From IMG/VR virus record IMGVR_UViG_3300028840_001735: a stretch of 64,000 nucleotides of DNA. The stretch is one strand, 5' to 3'. Positions 59,110-64,000 of the stretch are shown here, piece by piece. The notes under the pieces are model-generated. The model was not told where the DNA came from. It did no database searches and saw only the letters and a program-made list of their open reading frames with translations. A program made the position numbers and the translations under genes. The DNA is from a virus. The stretch's first letter is position 1; each line of letters begins with the position of its first letter.

Positions 59110-61158
59110 TCATACATATAGTTGATCGGCAAATTTACTGATCTGTGTTTTTTTGTATGTACTTAGAATCTTAAGAGCCCATGCGCATTGTTTATCAGAA
59201 TACTCGATACCGTCAAGCGCCCTATCGACTAATGATTGCACAAACTCTGATCTGGCATCCTTGCCATTGAATCCTATATTATCTTTTTTAACAGCACCGT
59301 CGCAGTGTCCAGACAGATAAAGCATAGCTTTAGCAGCTACTTGCTTTATCTCTGAATTCACAGTGTATTCAAAGGTGCCTTTTTTGTTTCTGATCTGTAC
59401 TTTTGTATCCTCAACCGGCTTTTTCTCAACCGGCTTTTTCTCAACCGGCTTTTTCTCAACCGGCTTTTTCTCAACCGGCTTTTCGATTTTGGGACGATTC
59501 CGATCAAGCGCTTGATCGGCTATGTTCATTTTATACACCATGGTTTTAATCACATGAGAATCAATAGTGCCATCGAGTGTAAGATAGACAACATTTACAA
59601 ATGTAGCTGTTTGCCCGATTCTATGTGCTCTATCCTCAGCTTGCACGCACCACGATGGATTCCAATCAGCTTCAGCAAAAACAACTGTATTAGCTGCTGT
59701 AAGCGTAATACCCATTCCGGCAGCATGTGTTGATAGAATAGCTAATTCGACTTCAGAATCATTCTGAAACCGATCAACTAATTCTTGACGCTTATTGATC
59801 GGCGTAGATCCATCAATCCTTATAGAATTAGGGAATTGTTTTTCGATCTCATCTAATAAAACTTTATGATGAGCGAAAACTATTGCTTTACCTTGTATAT
59901 TTTCGCTCAAATACTCACATACACCCTTTGCTTTTGCTTGTGCTATTTCAGCCCTTAAAGCTGATATTTCTTCAAAACTACCAGCACTAGCTATTAATCG
60001 ATCTATGTCATCAGTCCAGGTTTCCGGCATACTCTGTAAACCAGAATCACTGCACTCTAGATCAACTACCGATCTGAGCTTTGGAGGTAGTTCGGTTTCA
60101 ACGTCTACCTTAAGCCGTCGTACCATACACGACGATCGTAATTTGGCTTGTAATTCGTCAAGGTGGGTAGCACCATCAAACTGCCAACCCCATCTTGTCT
60201 TTTCCGGTGCACAATACCGGAATAAAAACTTCGACTCAGTTTGCCAAGTGCCTTCAGGACCAATCGCGCCGATCGCTTTTAGAAGGCTGATACTTTCTCT
60301 CACCTTATTCTGTATCGGCGTACCTGTTAATAACACGCAACGTGCCACTTTATGGATCAATCCCTCAGTCTTAAGACGGCCTTTCACCCATGTGCCAAAA
60401 AAGAAAGCTGTTCTTTTGGCTTTTGGGTTTTTCAACATATGCGATTCATCAAGAATCGCTAGATCAAAATTCATACCAGAAAGTGTTTCTCTGATATGCT
60501 TTGCGCGATCACTGCTACCGACCACTTTATCATAGTTGACTATGATCACCCTAGCGGTAGTATCAACTGCTTTGCCATTGATAACATGGACTGAGATCTC
60601 AGAATCCCACCATTTTTGGAACTCACGTTGCCAGTTAACTTTAAGCGTAGCCGGACAAACTACCAAAATTTTCTCGGCATCAAGGGATCGCGCAATCCCG
60701 ATACCTTGCATAGTCTTGCCCAATCCCATTTCATCGGCGATCAACACACCTTTTTTGCCGGATTGAAAATTAGACAGTGCGTACTGAATTCCGGCCCTTT
60801 GATACGGTCTGTACTCAAGACCAGTAGCACGGGGTATGTCAAGATCGGCGTCTGTAGCCTTTGACAGGTCTTGAGACCTTGCAAGATCCGTCAATAGACT
60901 TGCTACATCTGAACTCAACTCAACTTGATCAGAGCTTGCTAGATCTACTGCAAGCTCTAATTTGTTTTCACTGATCCAGCGGGTACGGCGTGGAATACCC
61001 GCGTCGTATAGCCTACGTTGCAGATCGGGCGGTGATTTTTCCCATACGAAAAACCAACCCCGTTCCTTTAACCATTGTGAATCAGAAAAACTAGCATTGG
61101 GCGCGTACAATACGCGCCCTAGTTTTTCTACTGTCACTGTCTCGATTCTTATTGTCAC
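59110..61158 (-). CDS. SNF2-family helicase/ATPase
   Basis: Motifs YQRAGIQYAL, LIADEMGLGKT (I), ILDESHMLKN (II), LTGTPIQN (III) and GMGITLTAANTVVFAEADWNPSWCVQAEDRAHRIGQ (V-VI). GTG start with AAGGAGA 6 nt upstream. Confidence 0.9.
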   Translation of the reverse strand: MTIRIETVTVEKLGRVLYAPNASFSDSQWLKERGWFFVWEKSPPDLQRRLYDAGIPRRTRWISENKLELAVDLASSDQVELSSDVASLLTDLARSQDLSKATDADLDIPRATGLEYRPYQRAGIQYALSNFQSGKKGVLIADEMGLGKTMQGIGIARSLDAEKILVVCPATLKVNWQREFQKWWDSEISVHVINGKAVDTTARVIIVNYDKVVGSSDRAKHIRETLSGMNFDLAILDESHMLKNPKAKRTAFFFGTWVKGRLKTEGLIHKVARCVLLTGTPIQNKVRESISLLKAIGAIGPEGTWQTESKFLFRYCAPEKTRWGWQFDGATHLDELQAKLRSSCMVRRLKVDVETELPPKLRSVVDLECSDSGLQSMPETWTDDIDRLIASAGSFEEISALRAEIAQAKAKGVCEYLSENIQGKAIVFAHHKVLLDEIEKQFPNSIRIDGSTPINKRQELVDRFQNDSEVELAILSTHAAGMGITLTAANTVVFAEADWNPSWCVQAEDRAHRIGQTATFVNVVYLTLDGTIDSHVIKTMVYKMNIADQALDRNRPKIEKPVEKKPVEKKPVEKKPVEKKPVEDTKVQIRNKKGTFEYTVNSEIKQVAAKAMLYLSGHCDGAVKKDNIGFNGKDARSEFVQSLVDRALDGIEYSDKQCAWALKILSTYKKTQISKFADQLYV
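59410..59484 (-). repeat. 15-bp tandem repeat x5 (ctcaaccggcttttt) encoding (KPVEK)5
   Basis: The repeat is read directly from the sequence and lies in the C-terminal third of the SNF2 ORF. Confidence 0.95.
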
Positions 61159-61170
61159 TATTTATCTCCT

Positions 61171-61428
61171 TTAATTTTTGTCTTGAGTGATCGTAAACGT
61201 GTCGCAGGACCGGCCATCAGGTCCGATATCGATATCGACGTCTATATGTACGTCCTGATATCCCCTAATTTGCCCGCATGTACATGTCGGACTACCACAG
61301 AGGTCTCTACATATTTTATAATATGTAGATCGGGACACTGTATGGTGCCGAACGTTAGCTGGGATTTTCACGGAACATTTGGTTCCGTGAAAATCGTTTC
61401 GTAATATCACATCTACTGTTTTTCTCAT
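61171..61428 (-). CDS. hypothetical Cys-rich small protein
   Basis: 85 codons containing CRDLCGSPTCTCG. Confidence 0.45.
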   Translation of the reverse strand: MRKTVDVILRNDFHGTKCSVKIPANVRHHTVSRSTYYKICRDLCGSPTCTCGQIRGYQDVHIDVDIDIGPDGRSCDTFTITQDKN

Positions 61429-61429
61429 T

Positions 61430-62497
61430 TTATCTCCTTATCTGGTTATTTGCTGCTATGGCAATATCGGCCACCCAATGTTTGACCGCTCCGCAATTTA
61501 CTGCTTGGTAAGTAAGTGGCATACATTCGTAATACCACTTGCTTAGAGCATCTTTGTCTTTCCGAGACGGGTCTTGATTGTGATACGACAAATGCTGATA
61601 GATCTTGCCGGACGGTGAGAGTTCGGCCATGCTGTTACCGACTACAACTATATAGCAACTACCATCACGGCACTCATCAGCATATCCGGCAGCACAGTTA
61701 CTAAGCCGGGATGCTTCGGAAACTAGAGACCTTTCATCTTTTATCTGTCTTACTCCATACTTTTCCGACCACGGCATTGCCTTGAAAGGCAAGTTTCTTT
61801 TATACAACTGATCTAGTCTGTCATCACTAGATCTTGCCAGCACCGATCTAAAAACAGTGTCTGGTTTTGTTCTGGCGCCGTTAACAAGATCCCTGTCCCA
61901 TATCTCATCTAATAGATCTTTGGGAGATATGGATCTCATTGCCCCGTTAGGGCCATATCCATACTCAAAACGTCGATTCCAACCAGCCCAATCCTGTTTG
62001 GCTAATAGCCAGTTGGCTATGAGCATCGATCTAGGAACGTAATCCCCCGTTATCCGTGTTATACTACGTATATAGTATAACTCCGGATCGTTAAGCCATT
62101 TATATCCAATATGCCTGCTCATTTTGTTAGTGATGAGCCGATCACACGTCAAAAGCCATTCGTGTATGGCTTTTTTGGACGGCGCATCGGGCCACAACGT
62201 TTTAAACCATCCCCGAGAAATAGCTTCTTTAAACCGCCACGGTAGGTGCGCATAGCACGCGGGGAATTTGTCTGGGTGATTGGGCAAATTCCACAATTCG
62301 CGTGCTACCAATGCACGTACGTCATTACGCGTAAAATTAAACGCGTAATCATACGTCCAATTCCTCGGTATTCCATAATCCGACGGATTATGGAAAAATT
62401 CCGCTATCCACCACTCAAACGTTGCGGAATTGCACGTTGGACGAATCCATTGTGCAAGCTCCTTAGTTTTATTTTCTACTTCGGGAATTGTTGGCAT
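61430..62497 (-). CDS. PcfJ-like protein
   Basis: 355 aa. The C-terminal LVSEASRLSNCAAGYADECRDGSCYIVVV resembles the E...L.(H/N)C...Y...(C/I)..G......V signature recalled for PcfJ-like domains. Confidence 0.35.
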   Translation of the reverse strand: MPTIPEVENKTKELAQWIRPTCNSATFEWWIAEFFHNPSDYGIPRNWTYDYAFNFTRNDVRALVARELWNLPNHPDKFPACYAHLPWRFKEAISRGWFKTLWPDAPSKKAIHEWLLTCDRLITNKMSRHIGYKWLNDPELYYIRSITRITGDYVPRSMLIANWLLAKQDWAGWNRRFEYGYGPNGAMRSISPKDLLDEIWDRDLVNGARTKPDTVFRSVLARSSDDRLDQLYKRNLPFKAMPWSEKYGVRQIKDERSLVSEASRLSNCAAGYADECRDGSCYIVVVGNSMAELSPSGKIYQHLSYHNQDPSRKDKDALSKWYYECMPLTYQAVNCGAVKHWVADIAIAANNQIRR

Positions 62498-62515
62498 GAT
62501 TTCCCCTGATCTCCT

Positions 62516-62854
62516 TTAGACGTAATTCAAAACCATTATCTCCATAAATTTGAATTGCGCACCTTCCGGTAGTGTAGTGCTACCTTCTGGCAACCTTGGA
62601 CCGCTATACTGACAAACTAAAGCCGGTTCGCCGATCTCCAACGTTACAGATACCCTATTTGCTGGAATCACCATTCCTATCAAATTTGATAAAATGTTAG
62701 CTGTATCAGTATGTCCAATACAACTCTCGATCCCCTTATACCTCAATACAGACTTTGTCCTCTGTATTGACACTTCGTTTACTTCAACGTACAGGCGATC
62801 TGTTTCTTTGTTTTCCGGTAGCATATTTAAACTAAACGCATTTAATACTTTCAT
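62516..62854 (-). CDS. B116/DUF1874-like protein
   Basis: 112 aa. MKVLNAFSLNML..., CIGHTDTANILSNLIG, ANRVSVTLEIGEPALV and GPRLPEG parallel the STIV B116 family pattern as recalled (NAFSINML ... IGH..T ... NRV.V ... G. .ALI ... RL.EG). Confidence 0.55.
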   Translation of the reverse strand: MKVLNAFSLNMLPENKETDRLYVEVNEVSIQRTKSVLRYKGIESCIGHTDTANILSNLIGMVIPANRVSVTLEIGEPALVCQYSGPRLPEGSTTLPEGAQFKFMEIMVLNYV

Positions 62855-62869
62855 GTCTCTATTCTCCTT

Positions 62870-63220
62870 TTATAGGTTTAAACTGTCCAGTACTTCTTCG
62901 ACGCCTAAAACGTGGAAATAATATTTATTCCATGTTTGTCTGGCATCAAGTGGTTTACTTGATTTTGTGAAACGGCTACATTCCCAATCAATAATTGCGC
63001 TGGGAATATCCCTGATAATTCCATTCTGCTCATGGTGTTTCGCGTATGATCTGTGTATACGCGAAACCGTTTCAGGTGAGAAACCAAGACATAATAATAC
63101 GATCTTATCTAGATCGTGTAAGTAATCAGAGATTGTCATCTTACCTCTGATTACTCTAGCCGTATATATAAAAACTACCCTATGTTTATAAATAGCTTTT
63201 ATTTTTTTCCAGTTTCTCAT
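62870..63220 (-). CDS. hypothetical protein (His-rich motifs HR..., HDLDK, HH)
   Basis: 116 codons. It may be an HD-type or DUF5662-like protein, but the call is weak. Confidence 0.25.
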   Translation of the reverse strand: MRNWKKIKAIYKHRVVFIYTARVIRGKMTISDYLHDLDKIVLLCLGFSPETVSRIHRSYAKHHEQNGIIRDIPSAIIDWECSRFTKSSKPLDARQTWNKYYFHVLGVEEVLDSLNL

Positions 63221-63246
63221 TGTTCGATTCTGTGTGTGTATGTGAC

Positions 63247-63280
63247 AAAAAAAAACAGCGCACTCTCAAGAGTGCGCTGT
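63247..63280 (-). terminator. intrinsic terminator (bidirectional-looking)
   Basis: Stem acagcgcactc-tcaa-gagtgcgctgt (11 bp). On the minus strand it is followed by T9 (plus-strand a-run 63247-63255), and on the plus strand by ttttt. It starts right after the stop at 63283. Confidence 0.75.
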
Positions 63281-63282
63281 TT

Positions 63283-63555
63283 TTATGCTACGTCAAAACC
63301 TCCCACTGATTCCATATTAACCTCTACGCGCCCTACATCCGATACAATGTAGGACTCAAAGCTCATGCAACCACGTACTCCACAGTTGCACGAATGATCG
63401 ATAACATGCAACTCACAGCTTGATAGCTGTAAGTCACTGATACCATAAAGGCGGCCTTGACGGATCGCCTTTATTATTTTTGCCGCTTCTGAGTGCGCTA
63501 CGCCAATACGTCGTAGCGCACTCAACGCTTTTCCTCTGCTCTTTTTTAGTGTCAT
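63283..63555 (-). CDS. hypothetical protein
   Basis: 90 codons. ATG sits in the conserved GGAGATTAGAAAAATG context. Confidence 0.5.
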   Translation of the reverse strand: MTLKKSRGKALSALRRIGVAHSEAAKIIKAIRQGRLYGISDLQLSSCELHVIDHSCNCGVRGCMSFESYIVSDVGRVEVNMESVGGFDVA

Positions 63556-63626
63556 TTTTCTAATCTCCCTGTTAGTGTTGCGTCCTCAACCCATTAAGCC
63601 CCATGCCTAAAGAGCTACGGGGCTGA

Positions 63627-63663
63627 GTTGAACTTGTCTAACCGTTTGTTAGACAAGTTCAAC
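63627..63663 (-). other. 15-bp perfect-stem hairpin spanning a stop codon
   Basis: gttgaacttgtctaa-ccgtttg-ttagacaagttcaac. The right arm is the last four codons plus the stop of 63649..63936. Two further hairpins flank it (63664-63685 and ~63597-63624). No U-tract is present. Confidence 0.5.
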
Positions 63664-63936
63664 TGTCAGAAAACCTTCTGACAGTGGCCTTGGATTCACC
63701 ACTTGTTGTTTTTGTACTACAATACGCTGTAACCGCGTATTGTAATATATGAGATCGGGCAACCCGATCTCATCGTGGGCCACATTTAGCATGTACCCTA
63801 TGTGGTCCGTCATTTTTGACAAACCGTACTGCTTTACATACCATTTTCGGATAAAATCAGCGGTATCAATACAGTTGCTACCGCTGTTCAATATCCTATT
63901 TTTCTTGTTCCTTACTATTATTGTCTTCTGTTCCAT
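63649..63936 (-). CDS. hypothetical protein
   Basis: 95 codons. ATG is preceded by AAAGGAGATTGAGAC and a CA-rich leader. Confidence 0.5.
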   Translation of the reverse strand: MEQKTIIVRNKKNRILNSGSNCIDTADFIRKWYVKQYGLSKMTDHIGYMLNVAHDEIGLPDLIYYNTRLQRIVVQKQQVVNPRPLSEGFLTVELV

Positions 63937-64000
63937 TGTCTCAATCTCCTTTCTGTGTGTTTCCTGTGTGCCATGGTTTTAATTATACTGATCTCAGCTA

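Noticed and set aside
60005-60864. Plus-strand ORFs (176, 76 and 82 aa) inside the SNF2 gene
   Set aside because: They lie antisense to an ORF that carries every SNF2 helicase motif.
1-64000. tRNA/tmRNA/rRNA genes, integrase/att sites, transposases, toxin-antitoxin pairs
   Set aside because: The few intergenic gaps (2203-2642, 54128-54214, 54857-55079, 57411-57505, 58383-58471, 59027-59109, 63556-63648) contain no cloverleaf-compatible sequence such as a GTTCGAAT-type T-arm. No recombinase-like ORF was recognised. Prophage versus free phage status therefore cannot be decided from this window.

Overview
The window reads as about 64 kb of a contractile-tailed dsDNA phage or prophage genome. 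Every credible gene is on the minus strand, so transcription runs from coordinate 64000 down to 1. Genes are tightly packed, with many ATGA/TAATG stop-start overlaps and strong AGGAG-type Shine-Dalgarno sites.

Gene order in the direction of transcription:
- Early/DNA-metabolism region (63.9-55.1 kb): SNF2 helicase, DUF932-like, PcfJ-like and B116/DUF1874-like proteins plus many small ORFs. It is compositionally mosaic and ends at a canonical intrinsic terminator (55026-55056).
- Packaging and head genes (54.8-41.5 kb): putative small terminase; large terminase interrupted by a Hint+LAGLIDADG intein; portal; MuF-like protein with an extra HExxH domain; a 1174-aa multidomain protein carrying a Dam-like methyltransferase and ending in an XkdF-like prohead-protease domain; scaffold; major capsid.
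- An unusual ~13 kb block of fibre/beta-helix-like genes (40.4-27.9 kb), lying between the capsid gene and the head-tail connector genes.
- A Mu/P2-like contractile tail and baseplate module (27.6-8.3 kb): sheath, tube, chaperone with a likely -1 frameshift, tape measure, and gpD-, gpV-, gpW-, gpJ- and gpI-like proteins.
- A 904-aa distal tail protein built from 12-14 Asp-box (BNR) propeller blades.
- A lysis cassette (M15 endolysin, spanin-like pair), followed by a papain-like cysteine peptidase and a Cys-rich secreted protein.
- Two DNA-binding-like ORFs and a pentapeptide-repeat protein. The latter is missing from the supplied ORF track because it runs off the left edge.

No rRNA, tRNA, CRISPR array, integrase or transposase was seen. 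All plus-strand ORFs in the track look like antisense artefacts.

Limits: family assignments come from motifs recognised by eye, not from searches. Domain coordinates are computed from residue positions. GC statements come from hand-counted 60-nt samples.
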